64,000 bases of DNA from Tricharina praecox (Eukaryota): positions 558,001-622,000 of the forward strand of contig NW_026250415.1 of the NCBI RefSeq assembly GCF_024521635.1, in the 5' to 3' direction. The translations under genes and the position numbers were made by a program. This document shows positions 12,031-25,636 of the stretch, in pieces. Within the stretch, counting starts at the first letter, position 1. Every line of letters starts with the position of its first letter. Below the pieces are notes generated by a model that saw only the letters and a list, made by a program, of their open reading frames with translations, was not told the DNA's origin and ran no database searches.

Positions 12031-14429
12031 ACATACATACGCAAAATGTCTGCTTGGGATCTCCCTTGCGAGCCCTTCCGTTGCGTGCTGTGTGTAACGT
12101 GTTTGTGGTATCTGCGCTGATTCTCGCGGCGTTACGCTCTTTTGTCGCACATATCCCCCGTATGTCACCTGGTTACACAGTTATGGCGGGCACGGCTTCC
12201 ATCTTATCAGATGGTGCGGCGCTACCCAAAGGCATAATCCAAGTTGATGGTGGTTGCCAGCGCCCTTCACCAGCAAGTATTTATGCTTTAAAATCGCTTT
12301 TTATTCTTTTATTTTTCGTCCGCTATGTATCCTGCCGTACTGCAACGTACCGACGATTACCTGCCGTTATTGAGGTTTTGCACAAGCATAGTCTGTAAAG
12401 ACTGGTACCGGTCGTTACTCCTGCTTACGGTAGACCGCTACCAGTCGCACGGTATCAGGCTGTACAAACGCCTAGGTACTTATACCGTTATCTATCACCG
12501 GCAACCTTAAGAGTACTCCCCGGTATTCCCAAGTACAAGGAATAGGTACACTCCTGGAAGCTGACATACAGCGCGGAAAACCGCATGCTTGGGTATTTGG
12601 CCAGTAACTACCGGCTGGTACGGGTTGTGTTGCTCCAGTGGCTGGTAATCTTCGATACATGTTGACCAAGTACCTTTCAGTAGTACGGCAGCGTCTTCCA
12701 TAGCGCGGGAAAAAATAAAAAGACAAATACAGCCGCGATTTGAATACCCGCAGTACCGGTAACTACTGCCGTACTTTGCCGCGGCGGCAGTAGCGCCGGG
12801 CACTGCTACCTAGGTAGACGATGCACTTCGCCATGGTCTTGACAGGCTTATAGACGCGAAATAAGATCGATGACCGCCCTCTAGATGATGCACAAACTTT
12901 ATTCCCACCTAGGCCCAACTCGATAACAGGACTAGACGATGGGGAGAATACACCAAAGAAACTTACGGCAAGATTCCACCAGGACGGGATACGCTCTCTT
13001 ATCTCCTTTCTTTCCTCCTTGTCCACCTCGCCACATCTATGAATTCCTTGGTGCGCTGCAAGAGCGGGCTGGGGCGGAGAGAGAGAAAAAGAGGAACCCA
13101 CACCGAGCCCACGAGCAGCGGCCGGGGACGATGGGGTGCAACGGTGAGCCGGACATGTATAATAATACAGCCATGATCTACGGTACTAATAGTACAGTAG
13201 TAAGGCCCAATGCTATGATGATTAAACAAAATAGTAAATGTTACTCGTACCACCATAGTGACTGCCTAAGTATGCGGAAGGCATTTGCATCATAATATTG
13301 CATGCCCGTCGCTTATGAATTTCCTCTCGGCGGGTTGACAGCCTGCATTTTAGCGAATTGATAGACACATGGGCGCGTTGACACTGGACACGCACATTAG
13401 CGTATGATGTATCTGCTTCCTTCCAATATACCGGTACGAGACGTCAGAACCTCCGAAAGTGAAACACCAAGCCGCATATCTGGAGGCCTAGGTATGATGC
13501 CGAGGCATGTGTGTACATAGAGCCCGGCGCAATACATACGGTACTCCAAGGCGACTTTTCCGGCTCCCGCGTTACTGCGGTAAAAAAAGATATTCGTATG
13601 TTGATGTGATGAGCGGAGTCTGCCACGCCATACCTAAGTACCTATGCTGTACTGTACGGTATCCAGTGGTGCCAAAGCCGATCGCCGTTGATGCAGTGGT
13701 GGTGGTGGTGGTGGTGGTGGTAGTGGACTCCGGGGTTGCATATTCCAAAGCTATTCCATACCTATTCCATAGCGATAGTAGATACCTAACACCTACCCAC
13801 GGTGCCCTAGGCAACCCAATTTATACTTCCAACGGTGGGTATCCATCCACCGTATGTCCACCGCATGTCCACCAGCTAACTAGTAATCAACTAAACGGGT
13901 ATCTCTCCGGAAAACTCCGTGGAATGCTGTGCTAACTCAACTCGAGCACACGATGTGGTCGGATTCTTAACGGTCAACCACGCGAGAGAAGGGAGGAGGG
14001 TTGATTACATAGATTTTGCGGTGAGCGTTCCAAAAGACAGCTAGTGTTTGGCCCTCTGACGTACGTACGTACGTGCCCGAGATATTGTCAGAATCACGCC
14101 GTCCACCGTGTGCCCTCTTCACTACGGTGCCGGGTGCTGTTCTGCGTGTTACATACGGTATCTATCTACCTAGCAGCTTGATTTTCCGATCACCGAGTCA
14201 CCGACAGCTCGGTTTGCCGCTGCCGCTGCTGCACCCACACTATCTACAAGCGGAATTAATATGCACCGAGAATCCGGGATATCTTAACCCTTGAGCCCCG
14301 AGCTTTGTCAGACGTCGTTACCAGTCCCAGACCTTCGTATTTACTTGCTTGCTTGCATACTACGTGGTGCCTTATCTGTTACCTAGTGTGCCCGACCAGC
14401 GTAGTTCAATGGTTCACTGGTTCACTGAT

Positions 14430-14725
14430 TGGCCATGATGTGAGACAGCTCTACGGCTAGTGAGTACCCCCGGAGTCCGATGCTAATGTTTTCGGAGTTC
14501 GATGGTCCATGGATTGGGCACGATGTGAGGCACCCGAAGGCCGCTGGCAAAACCTCCGGAGTTCGATGGTTCGATATCTGGCAGCCTACAGCAAATGATG
14601 ATACCCAGAGGCCGCTGCCAATATCTTCGGAGTTCAGGGGTTCATCGATTGGGCACGATGTGGGGCATCCCACGGCTGATGAATCATGATTACACCCCGA
14701 AGCCGCTGGCAACATCTCCGGAGCA
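14430..14725. repeat. Degenerate tandem repeats upstream of the P450
   Basis: Recurrent blocks GATTGGGCACGATGTG (x2), GCCGCTG(G/C)CAA (x3), CGGAGTTC (x3). Confidence 0.65.
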
Positions 14726-14850
14726 AACCCCATCCGGTGGTATCTATCTCCACTTATTCACAAGTACTTAAGCAAAGTACCCGGAGTCGTCGGAGTCTAT
14801 TTCACCGCATATCGTTTCCCATCGCCCCGCCTCGCCACACAGACCCGGAC

Positions 14851-16457
14851 ATGGATTTCGACTCGACTCATCTGCATGAGACGCTCCCGCGCTTGCTGAA
14901 AGCCTACTGGCCTCCCGTGCTCGTCGGACTCTTGCTCCTACACTTTCTCGCCAACAAGTTCCGCTCCGGACTGGTTTCGATCCCTGGCCCTTCCCTCGCG
15001 GCCTACACGAACTTCTGGCGGTTCAGAGATACGTGGCGGGGGACCGCGCACAAGAGCTACCGCGAGCTCCATGATCACTACGGACCGCTAGTCCGCATCG
15101 GGCCGAACATAGTGTCCGTATCGGACCCAGAGGCTATCCCGATCATATACAACATTAAGACGGACTTCCACAAGGCGCGTGCCACATCAGATGGAGTGGA
15201 GGATGGAGAGTGCATTATTGACTGATGGTGGAGCGATTATAGACGGCGTCGGCAGAGGTGCAGAAGTTCATCTACAAGAAGAAGCGCGTCGCGAACCTGT
15301 TCTCGCACATCGATCCCGCCGTGCACAGGAGCAAGAAGCGGCTGTTCGGTAACGCTTACAGCCTCTCCTCCATCCTCGAGGCTGAGCCCGGCCTCATCTC
15401 GGTCACCACGCTGTTCATGAAATCTCTCCGCGAGCGCTCCTCGAAGCCCATCGACCTCGGCGAGTGGCTCGAGTACTACACATACGACAGCATCGGCGAG
15501 ATCGCATTGGCGCGGCGACTCGGGTTCCTGCGGAACGGCGGGGACATCGACGGGATGATCCCGCTGGGAGCGATCCTATCGAACTATGCATCCGTCGTCA
15601 GCCAGAAGCCGATACTGGACTGGTTCGGGCTAGCGAACCCGCTGTTCCCGTACCTGCTGCCCTCGATCGAGACGAAGAACGGGGTTCTCAACCTAACGAT
15701 CAAGACGATGGAGGAGCTGGGGTTCTCCGGGCCGCCAGAGAACCTGAAGTCCTGCACGGGCGGCGACTTCCTCTCGCACATGGCGCGGGCGCGGGCCGCC
15801 GACCCGGAGCGCTACTCGTCGGACGACATCCTGATCCAGACGTCGGCGACGGTGTTCGCAGCGACAGACACGACGGCGATCACGCTGCGGGCGATCATCT
15901 ACTACCTTTTACGCAACCCTCTTGTGCTATCACGGTTCACCGCCGAGCTCGACGCGGCGGAGCCGCTCCTCTCGCCCGTCATCACGTACCGCGAGTCGAT
16001 CGACACCCTGCCGTACCTGCAAGCGGTGGTGAAGGAGGCGATGCGGCTGCACCCCGCGATCGGCCTGCCGCTCGAGCGCTACGTCCCCGCGGGCGGCGCG
16101 ACCATCGCGGGGAAGTTCCTGCCCGCGGGAACTACCGTCGGCATGAGCGCCTGGGTCGTCCACCGCAACCCGGACATCTTCACAGAGCCGGACGCGTTCG
16201 TCCCCGAGCGCTGGATCGGGTCACCCCCTGATCAGCTCAAGCGCATGGAGAAGTCCATGTTCCAGTTCGGCGCGGGCGCCCGCTCCTGCGTCGGGAAATA
16301 TGTCGCGCAGATACAGACGAGTACCCTCATACCGCAGCTGTTTAGGGAGTTTGATGTCCAGCTGGAAGATAAGGACAAGGAGTGGGAGGTCACGGCTAGG
16401 TGGTTTGTCCAGCAGGTCGGGTTGGTCGTTAATTTGGTGCCTAGACGTAGTACGTAG
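14851..16457 (+). CDS. Cytochrome P450 monooxygenase (pisatin-demethylase-like)
   Basis: N-terminal TM anchor, IPGP hinge, YGPLVRIGPN, I-helix AATDTT, EAMR (ExxR), PERW, heme motif FGAGARSCVG; single intron about 15175-15242. Confidence 0.93.
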
Positions 16458-17336
16458 TCCGCGCGGGGAGGATGGTGGTTGAATATTTTGTCTCGTCGTG
16501 TCCCGCGTGAAGGCGTATGACGTACCTAGTTTTTTTTGCTTTTGCTTTTGTTTGATCGTTGATTGCTTGCGACTTATCTATACCATGGCAATATACACAC
16601 TGCGTTTCCATGTCCACTGTGCAACCCGACTTTCTTCAAGCGGCCCATCGTGACTTTCGCTTCCCAAAGACACATGCCGAGGAAACGAAAGCTAGGAAAG
16701 AAAAGCCCGTTCCTCACTCTGGCGTGCTCCGTGCTCATCTCGTAGTGCCTCGAGGCCAGTGCTTGAGGGGTGGCTATGCCGGGATCGGGAGCGGTTTCCG
16801 ACAAGGTTTCCGTCTGTGCCGGTACTTCTCGTTTGCGACTCCTGTGCCAGCCCTTCGTGATCACCGCGCTTGAGGTAACGAGTGACGGGGCGCGGTAGCG
16901 GTCCGATTCCGTATCGCTCTAGGTACATCGTACACATCGGACGATGGGTTCGTCCGCCGCCGCCGCCACAACCATCGGCTATCGCGCTCCAGAGTGGCGT
17001 CTCTGTATGCCGGACACCATCCGATCTCGCGGGTGAAGCCGGGTTCTGCGAAGTGAATCATCCCGATACATACCGGTATACGGTATCACACATGGCGTAG
17101 GTACATACTTGGCAGTAGCCCGACGTCCCGTCGCTGTGATGCGATGTAAGAAACCGAGTGATCGCGTGTGGACGGGAAACATCCTCATCCTGCGGAACTT
17201 AGAAGCAGACTTCCCTGAAGTGGCCACTGTCCAGACCCCACAACCCTTGTGCGAGCGCCACCGAAACAGCGCGGACGGACTCGAGCATCTGATCCGCCTC
17301 GCCGTTAGCGGGGTAGCACTGTAGCACTGTAGCAGA

Positions 17337-17420
17337 CCATCCAGCCAGCCATCCAGCCAGCCATCCAGCCAGCCATCCAGCCAGCCATCCAGCCAGCCAT
17401 CCAGCCAGCCATCCAGCAAG
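17337..17420. repeat. 12-bp tandem repeat (CCATCCAGCCAG), about 6-7 copies
   Basis: Directly visible; generates the spurious LDGW/LAGW ORFs. Confidence 0.95.
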
Positions 17421-18660
17421 CCACTCTACCAGCGGGGCAGAGGAACACGTTCCCAACTCCAAACTTCCACCCGCCCAGTTTTTTTTTTAATTTTGCGCCT
17501 CCGCCACCCCGCTATGTACTTTGTATGGTACTGTCGCGAGAGCACAGTTTACACTATGGGACGGTACTCTACTATATTCTAGTTACACTCTATCGGAGGA
17601 TTCTCGTCTACGTCGATAAACGATATCGGCGGCATGCATATATAGAGTAATATATAGAGTACCTACCTGCATGCATGCGCGGTGATGTGCGCCCTGCATG
17701 TGGGTTTGGTCAGTGGGAATTTACATATGTAGAGCAGAGGAAAGAGAGAGTGAGTGGAGTGGAGTAGAATAGTAGAGTGGGTATATAAAGTAGATTGATA
17801 GATTGGTAGATAGAGCGTACATACCGGTTTGCGGATATACTACTGGGTAGTAGATTGTCCACTCTAATCTATGTACTGTACACACACATGGCACCCCTCC
17901 GCCGCTATGATTCGCTATGATTCATTCGCCATCCGCTGCGAGTGTATAGTAAAGGCAGGAAGGGAAGAGCCATATCGATACCGACAGCGAACATGTATGG
18001 ATGACTGGCCCCTCCGCCGCCCCTGCCCCTGCCCCCCCTTCGCTCCCTCGCCCCCTATTCCTTCCACGCCCACGCGAGATAGTGACATTATGGGAGGGGA
18101 GGAGGGGGCGGAAAGGCAGAAATGAAAGCACTCTACTATATATGAAAGCAGCCGAGGATCGAGAGATGAACCAATCGTGTGGTCTGCTGGGAGGCCCATC
18201 CAGCCCAGATTGCTATTGTTTCTCTATAAAAAAAACAGGAATTACATGGGCGTGCTGCCGTGCAGACTGTGCAGGTTAACGTTTTTCGTTTCGTTTTGGA
18301 GGGGAGAGAGGGGGGGTTATTTCGGCGGCGGAAATTTTGTTTTGTTTTTGTTTCGAAACGGACTGCAGCGAGGGGGGTGGTGGGGAGGGAGTCGCCGTAA
18401 TAAATCGATATCGACTGCCCGGGCTGGAGTCGAGTACATAGGAGCAGGCACGAGTGACTGGCCTTGAGCATGAGTAGGAGCAGCAGCACAAGCAGGAGCA
18501 TGAGCATGAGCGATATAAGAGCGCAGTGCCTCACTGCCTCTGCGGAAGCCGCGTTGATTGCTGCCGCTACTACTACCACTGCTGGCGGGGGCGAGAAGGG
18601 CCGAATGAGTGGCCGTGTCGCGCTACTAGTACTCTAGTCTTTGTGCCTTTGGGCCTGCAA

Positions 18661-18790
18661 CATCGACATAGACATCGACATATCATATACCTAGATATCG
18701 ACATATCATACCCAGAAATCGACATAGACATCGACATATCATACACGGACATCGGCATAGTCATCACATCCACATAGTCATCACATCCAC
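18661..18790. repeat. Degenerate (ATCGAC)n / CATAGTCATCACATCCAC repeats
   Basis: Directly visible. Confidence 0.75.
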
Positions 18791-19269
18791 GGACGTCCAG
18801 ATTCCCTAGTCCAGACTCCAGTGTCCACAGCTCATATTAGTCCCGGCTCACGCTGCCGGCGGCGGGCGCGCGTAACTACTAACTACTAACTACCGGTGCG
18901 CATGGTGCGGTGCAGGTATTCGATACTCACTCACTCACACGGGACATATTGTGTGGAGTACTGCGCATCGCCGCTCGATGACGGCGACGGCAACGGAAAC
19001 GGCCGCTGGGGTGGTCTCCAGTGGAGTGAACGCAGGGCAACTACGGTGCCCGCGCATAACCGGTACGGCACGCGGTCGTTGGTGTTTCAGTGCCCAGCCT
19101 CCGAGCTGCGAGTGGCGAGTAGCGAGTGGTGTGTCAGCCCAATATACCGTAGATACGGTACATACGGTATGTATGAGGTCAACATCACGCAGCCCGCAGT
19201 AACTACATAGGCGGCACTCTGAAAGCACATCACTCTCCAAGCACAGCACGTATGTAGATAGATAGGTCG

Positions 19270-19585
19270 GTACCTACGCAAGTGAGCCCCGCGGCGGGGT
19301 AGAAGAGAAATGAATTGCTGCCGTCACTTCCGCCGTGATGGCGGCGGCGGCGGCGATGAGAAGAGCATGCAGCGGGTGAGCAGGATGCTCTACCCGCCAA
19401 ACATCCCGCACGTAGGTAAGAACTTAGGTACTTACGCAAGTGAGCCCCGCGGCGGGGTAGAAGACAAAATGAAAATGAATTGCTGCCATCCCGACTCACA
19501 TCCACCGTCATATCCGCTATGATGGCGGCGGCGATTAGAAGAGCATGCGGTGAGCAAGATGCTCTACCGTACATACCCGCCCAAC
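19270..19585. repeat. Imperfect direct duplication, unit about 160 bp
   Basis: CGCAAGTGAGCCCCGCGGCGGGGTAGAAGA...AATGAATTGCTGCC...GAAGAGCATGC...GATGCTCTACC occurs from about 19277 and about 19435. Confidence 0.88.
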
Positions 19586-22500
19586 AGTCCTGAGCCCTCA
19601 CGTAGATTGGTAACTAATACTAACTATAGGCATCAACATGAGAACATCCGGGACGGACTACCTTTGCGGGCGGGCGTAGTCGGATCTTTGGACGAAAGAG
19701 AAAACTACTGGGTGGTCAATGGTCATTGGTGGTAGAGGAACAGGAAGAGGAAGAACAAGAACAAGAGGATGAGGATGAGGAGGTGTGAACACTGAATCGG
19801 AGATTCGATTAGTTACATACGTGTGGGCATACGTGTACGTCCCCGGGGGAAAACGTCTAGCTACAGCTACTTACGGTACTATGTATGTAAGTAAGTAAGT
19901 AAGTAAGCAGGCAACCCATTCTCCGCAGGAGAAGCACGAGGTGGGATACCTAAGTTAAGTACCTACCCCTACATACCGCATTACGATTCACGACGACCAG
20001 TTAGCAGTTCGTAGAACCTATCCCATCGTTCACCGTTCACCGTTCACCGTTACATACGTTCATCCGAAAGAGAAGAAAAAAACCGTCTTTCCCAGCCAGC
20101 AGAATCCAGCTTCCAGTAATCCGGTAATCCGGGAAGAGTAAGAAAAAAATCTATTGCAGCCCAAAAACGCCGAATATAACATGTACTACGTACTAGCTTA
20201 CTCGCTCATCTGAAATGATTCGAACACAGCCCTCCATGTCATCCCAATCCTCGCCCTTGCTTTTCGATAGATTCTAATTTCTAACATCATCAACCAGACA
20301 AGCAGGAACTACTCTACTCTGGATCGATCCGGAGAAAACTAGTTTTCGACACACCGACCGACTGAATGGATGGATGGGTGTTGCGTATGGCTACGGCTGC
20401 GGCTATGGCTGTGGCTGTGGGTGAGTGGTGGTGAGCTGGATCCCTCGAATCTCGATACTGTGGATCCCTTCACATGCTCAACTGGAGAGTCGAGACCGTA
20501 TCAGAGCCGCCAGAATCGAAGCCATCAGATCGCCGCCAGATCGCGAGTGAGTCCTCGTATATTACCGTGACAATCGTTGCAACTGTGTGGCCAGTGCATC
20601 ACCGCCGATGGGCCTGCAATATGCTTTTCGAATCTTCTGATGAGTGGAGGGAAGATGCGATACGATAGGTACGACACATGCGGCGAAGCCTGGTCGGTCT
20701 CGCACGGTACGTCGGTACCTACCAATTTACTCAGGTCCGCCGCGCAGCTCAGTGCAGCGCAATGATCGGACGATGACGACATGTGCTTCTAAACCTGAAG
20801 CCATACGAGTACATAGATGATAGATCCCACGACAGTTACTTGTGTACTCTACATGCGCAAACCGGTAAATTACCAGGCTCTGGGAATCCGAATGTCGTCG
20901 TCGGAAGTGGCAGGGAGTGGCAGGGTGTGGGACGCTACGAGCCTACGGTAGTTACCGGAGCAACCCGGCTGGGTTGGGTTGGTTGGGCTGGCTTGGGATC
21001 GCACTCGGAAAGCTAGCCAGCCAGCCGGACAGCCCTAACTATGGGTGCTTCTCTCTGGGATAGGGAAATAGGAAAATAGCGGTGGGTGCAGGCGGCGATC
21101 GAATTGGACGCATTATCCACTCGACTCGCCGACGGGCTTTGGCCTTGACGTTGAGCGTGCACGTGCACACACACGACTATGCTAGTTGCCGCGCCACCGC
21201 CTCGTCGATTCTCGAATGGAAGGATGCGCAATGCGCAGCCGTGCGATTGTACACATTACTCGAATCGTTGACTCACTCACGCACACGCACAAGGTCGAGA
21301 TCGATGCCATTCCTTGAACGCGAGGCTTGCTCTGTTGGAAGGGCGAGGCGGCGGAAACCAACGAGCAATTACGTCACGGCGTATCACTCGGTGCAACTGC
21401 TACAAGTCCGCACATTTGTCATTTACCGCCTCTGTGGTCTCCAATGTCCATGGTTAACAACCTACCGAGTGACAATTCCCTCCCTTCCATTCCCTACGTT
21501 TGTTTGTTCCACCGAATGACCACTTCTGGGAATGAATGAATGAATGCTTCTAGAGTATCATAGATTCTAGACCCCGAATAGCGGCCGTGCACGCGCAGAG
21601 TACCCAGGTATGTGTGATATGTGTGATGCCGGTATGTAGGGTGGACGGATTGAGAATGCGGGGTAGTTAGTAGTTAGTCGGCCAATGCAGGGCTCACATC
21701 ATGTGTGCTGTGCGACGATTGATTCTGTGCCGTTGCATTGACGTGCACACTGCACCACAGCGACTCCCAGTCTCCCACGGGACATAGCGGCTTCCGGAGC
21801 AGTTCGACTCTTGAGGGCGGTGCTGTGCTGTGCTGTGCTGTGCTGTTATCGGTGGGGCGGGGGAGGGGGGAGGGGGGAGGGGGGAAGGGGTGTCGTCGGC
21901 GTGCATAGCAATGAAGAAGAAGAAAAGGAAAAGGAACGAAACGGCGAGCCACCGGGGAAGCGGTTGGTCAGTCGTCGTCGTCTACTCTACTCCACTCCAC
22001 TCCTCTACTCTGCATACTCTACCGTACCCACTGCAGCGCAGCGCAGCAGCACCGATGTGTGTATGTTCGTGATCAACTGACCGACCGACCGAATCGCCCA
22101 TGCTCATGTGCTTTGAATATGAACTCTCCGCGGCGGACTCGAGCAAAAAGGAAACAAACGGGCCGTCATTACTGGTAACTACATACGGCGCTGCGATACG
22201 ATGCGGTGGATACGGTAGATACGGTGGGCATTCCTGCGCGTCCCTCATTGCTGTATGTATGTATGTATGTATGTACGGTATGTCCCTCAAATACCGCAGG
22301 AAGGAGGAGCGTGACACTGGCACTGACATCTCATCCTCTGCTGTGGCTGGCTGGCTGGCCGCTGGCGACGGGGTACGCAGGAATAAGCAAATACAGGACG
22401 AACACAACGATGATTCGTTTCCGCCAGGACACTACATGGGAGGGGCTGGTACATCATCATACCTCGTACTTAACCATCCCGCCGCTGCTGTCGACAAGCG

Positions 22501-23150
22501 ATAAGAATTCGCATACCCACCTACATACATACGGTGGTACCGAAAGCCCAACTTGTTCCACCTCGTGTCTCGAGACTCGGTAGTTGCGGGGCGGTAATAT
22601 GCCGTTATGATATGTACTGGCTAGTACGACGAACGCATTACCAGTACCAGTACTCGTACATAAGTGGGTCGAAAACCCCTCCAGGCTCCGACGCGAGTGG
22701 TCGGAAGGTTTGAGGTTTGAAGGTTGGACGCGCAGCGCATTGGCTGGTGGTCGGTCGCTGGCTGCAGCGGGTTCAGGCCAACATGTATGTACGGCCATCG
22801 CGGGCCATTGGCCATTGGCCGTCGGTCGTCGGTCGTCGGCCATTGGCCATATGCAATTTTCCATCGTGGGCTGTGACTTTTGCCCGCACGCCCAGTGCAC
22901 CACAGGGCCGCAGTTTCGAGTCTGTCTGGATTTGGAGAATCGGAGGGGTTTTTTGGCATGTGCGGTCGACCTTGCGACTCTTCCTTTTGCTCCCCGGTCA
23001 AGTGTTCCCAGGCTAGGAATCGGCAGGTTAAAGGGGAGCCCTACGTACCTAGCACCTATCCACCTAAGGTAGTGCCTTCCGATTAGCGCCTAAAGACACA
23101 CGAAAACGCTGTGTGCTGGCGTTTGTTTGTCGTGTTTGGAGTACGCGCTT

Positions 23151-23224
23151 GGGAGGGGAGGGGAGGAATCGGGAGGGGAGGGAACCGGGAGGGGAGGGAA
23201 CCGGGAGGGGAGGGAATCGGGGAA
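23151..23224. repeat. 16-bp G-rich minisatellite (GGGAGGGGAGGGAAYC), about 4 copies
   Basis: Directly visible. Confidence 0.9.
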
Positions 23225-23570
23225 CCTCGCTCGAGCACGGAGCCGTGCGACCGAAGGTCCGAAACGGTGGAGTGTTACCTGGCCGACCTGGATCCGAGTG
23301 AGCTTCACGGCCGTTGTTCTGTAGCGGGCTGCTGATTCCAAGACCGTGAGGCTCGAGCTCGAGCCCGAATGTGAACGGCATGCAAGTATCGGATGGTTCG
23401 TCAGCGGCTAGCCACTCGTATTCAGCCTTTGTCTAGCGCGGCAGAATGTCGTCCCCGCTACCGACCTACTGTCATAGCTACCACCGCTTCCATGATGCCG
23501 AAATGGACTTGGATACTCTACACAACCTGCTCAACCGCCTCGTCGATTCCGGTGTGCTTCTCTCCCCAGA

Positions 23571-23597
23571 AGCAGCAGCAGCAGCAGCAGCAACAGC
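23571..23597. repeat. (CAG)n microsatellite
   Basis: Directly visible. Confidence 0.85.
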
Positions 23598-24783
23598 CTA
23601 ATTCTCGTGCCGAGTGGCCGTCCTCCCTCCCCAGCAGCAGCAGAATTCTCATGCTATCTTCTCTCCCCAGCAGCAGAAGAAGAATTCTCCTGCCAAGCAG
23701 CCCGCCTTCGAATCACCAACACACGATACAGCGGTCGTGCAGCTGGCCATGCAGGCAGAGTCCACCTAGGCAATCGTGACCGATACTGGCAGGCCTTCGC
23801 TGTTTCGCTTAAGTGGTTAGGGTGAGATCATGACGACTGGCGCAAAAGCTGGCGCTGAAGTCGGTGCTGGACTTGTTTACGTACTGTACTGTGCCCGTTG
23901 CCTATCTTCTGGAAGGGCCGTCAGTACTCTAGGTGCCTGCTACGGGTGAACGGGTAGGTACGAGTATGTGTGTATGAGGTATGTACTCGATCTCACAGAA
24001 GAATGCCCGCAGTCTCCCGCCCCGCCCCGCCCCGCCCCTTGAATGGACGTCGTTCTTGCTGCTACTACTGCAACTGCAACTGCGGTGCGCTGTAGGGTAA
24101 TAGGTACTACTATATGGTACTGTAGAGTAGGGTGGAGCCTGTAGAGCCTGTAGCTACGTCTGGTACGTACAGGCTACCTACTCTACTACTGGCTCAGCTC
24201 CAGTGGCCTTCCACCTCCTGGTCCTCGTCCTCCGCCTCCCCCTCCTCATCATCCTCCCCCCGCTTTAGCTTCACACACCGAACCTGTTTTCGGCATGTAC
24301 ATATGTACGCCCGAGATGCTTCCATCCAACCAATCCATCGCCAACTCGTGGCGTGCAGTGGTCATTGTTGACACCGCAGTGCAGTGCATGAATGAACGAG
24401 TTGCGCATCCGAGCTCCGGTGTCTCGGGGCTGATCCCTTGTGCTGCTACTACTATTCCATACAGTAGTAGGGAACGGCGGAGCATATAAGAAAAATTCCT
24501 CCCGCTCTTTTCCCCCCCACCCCCCTCCCGACCGATTCCAACGGGAAAAAAAGTACATACACCGCCTTCGCCATCGCCGCATCGCTACATCGACACATCG
24601 CTACTTCGTCCGACGCATGCAGTAATACAATACATACAGGCACAACTACAAGTGCAAGCACAACTACAACAAAACAACAAAAAAACAACCAACATCCCTG
24701 ACAACTAACCTCGATTCGACTTCCACCGGTACGTAATCGATCAAAACAACCCGAAACCGACTCGGTTGCACCCCAGTCCACCA

Positions 24784-25636
24784 ATGGCCGGACCGGGATA
24801 CTCCTTCGTCGCCTACCCAGGCGCCGACTTCGCCTTCGCCTCGGGCTACCCGGGGCCGCCGCCGAGCTCGATGCCGCACGCACACATGGATCTTTCCAAC
24901 GGCGGGCCGCTGCCGTACGCGCACTTTCCGCCCACTATGCCGTTCGCGCACATGGGGTATTCGCACTCCCACGTGCAGGGAGCCGCGCCGCCGAGTCCCG
25001 TATTCTCGCAGCCGAGTCACGCATCCCAGCAGAATGCCCCGCCGAGCCCAGACCGCGCCAGCTACTCGACTGAGGTCAAGGTTATGCGCCAGCTGTGTAC
25101 CGCCATGACGAAGCTCCAGAATACCATGAAGGACTTGGCAGAGAGGCAGGAGCAGATTCTCGATCGGATGAGCTTGCTCGAACAGCGTGGTAGGTTTTTC
25201 CCCGTCCGAGTAGCCGGCTGGAAAAACATGGGCTAATGACTGGCCGATAGTCGGACGTGTGGACGACGGTATCGAGACCATCATCGAGAATACCGAGGCC
25301 GTTATGGAAGACAGCCGAGCGATCCGAACACGGGTCGAAGACGGTGAAACGTATGTTTTCTTTTTCCTTTTACCTTTTTCCCCGTCGAATGTCAGCGACT
25401 AACATCCGCACAGCCACGACGCCTTTGAATCCCGCTTCACGGACCTGATGAACGACCTCGTCGGCAAGCTGACCGGCTGCATCGGCGAGGAACTCAAGGA
25501 GATCAAGAAGGTGGTCAAAGACACCGACCGATACACCCGCTACGAACCGTTCCAGTACAGCACCTCGAACAACCTGGCGATATCCCGTGCCTCGATGCTC
25601 GGGGAACAGCCGCAGAAGGAACTAGGCACCATATGA
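24784..25636 (+). CDS. Hypothetical protein of about 243 aa: Pro/His-rich N-terminus and coiled-coil C-terminal half
   Basis: Exons 24784-25189, 25251-25350, 25414-25636 join in frame (GTAGGT..GCTAAT..TAG; GTATGT..CTAAC..CAG); heptad-like MTKLQNTMKDLAERQEQILDRMSLLEQRVGRVDDGIETII. Confidence 0.8.

Noticed and set aside
14397-14510. tRNA or tRNA-derived SINE (A-box-like TAGTTCAATGG, later GTTCGA)
   Set aside because: No acceptor stem, anticodon arm or T-stem could be folded; the GTTCGA words belong to the local tandem repeat.
16560-17330. Possible pseudogene fragments after the P450 (also 11350-13300)
   Set aside because: Protein-like fragments, but no recognisable family or consistent frame; cannot be supported without a search.
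16979-17462. ORFs with LDGW/LAGW repeats
   Set aside because: Translation of the 12-bp tandem repeat.
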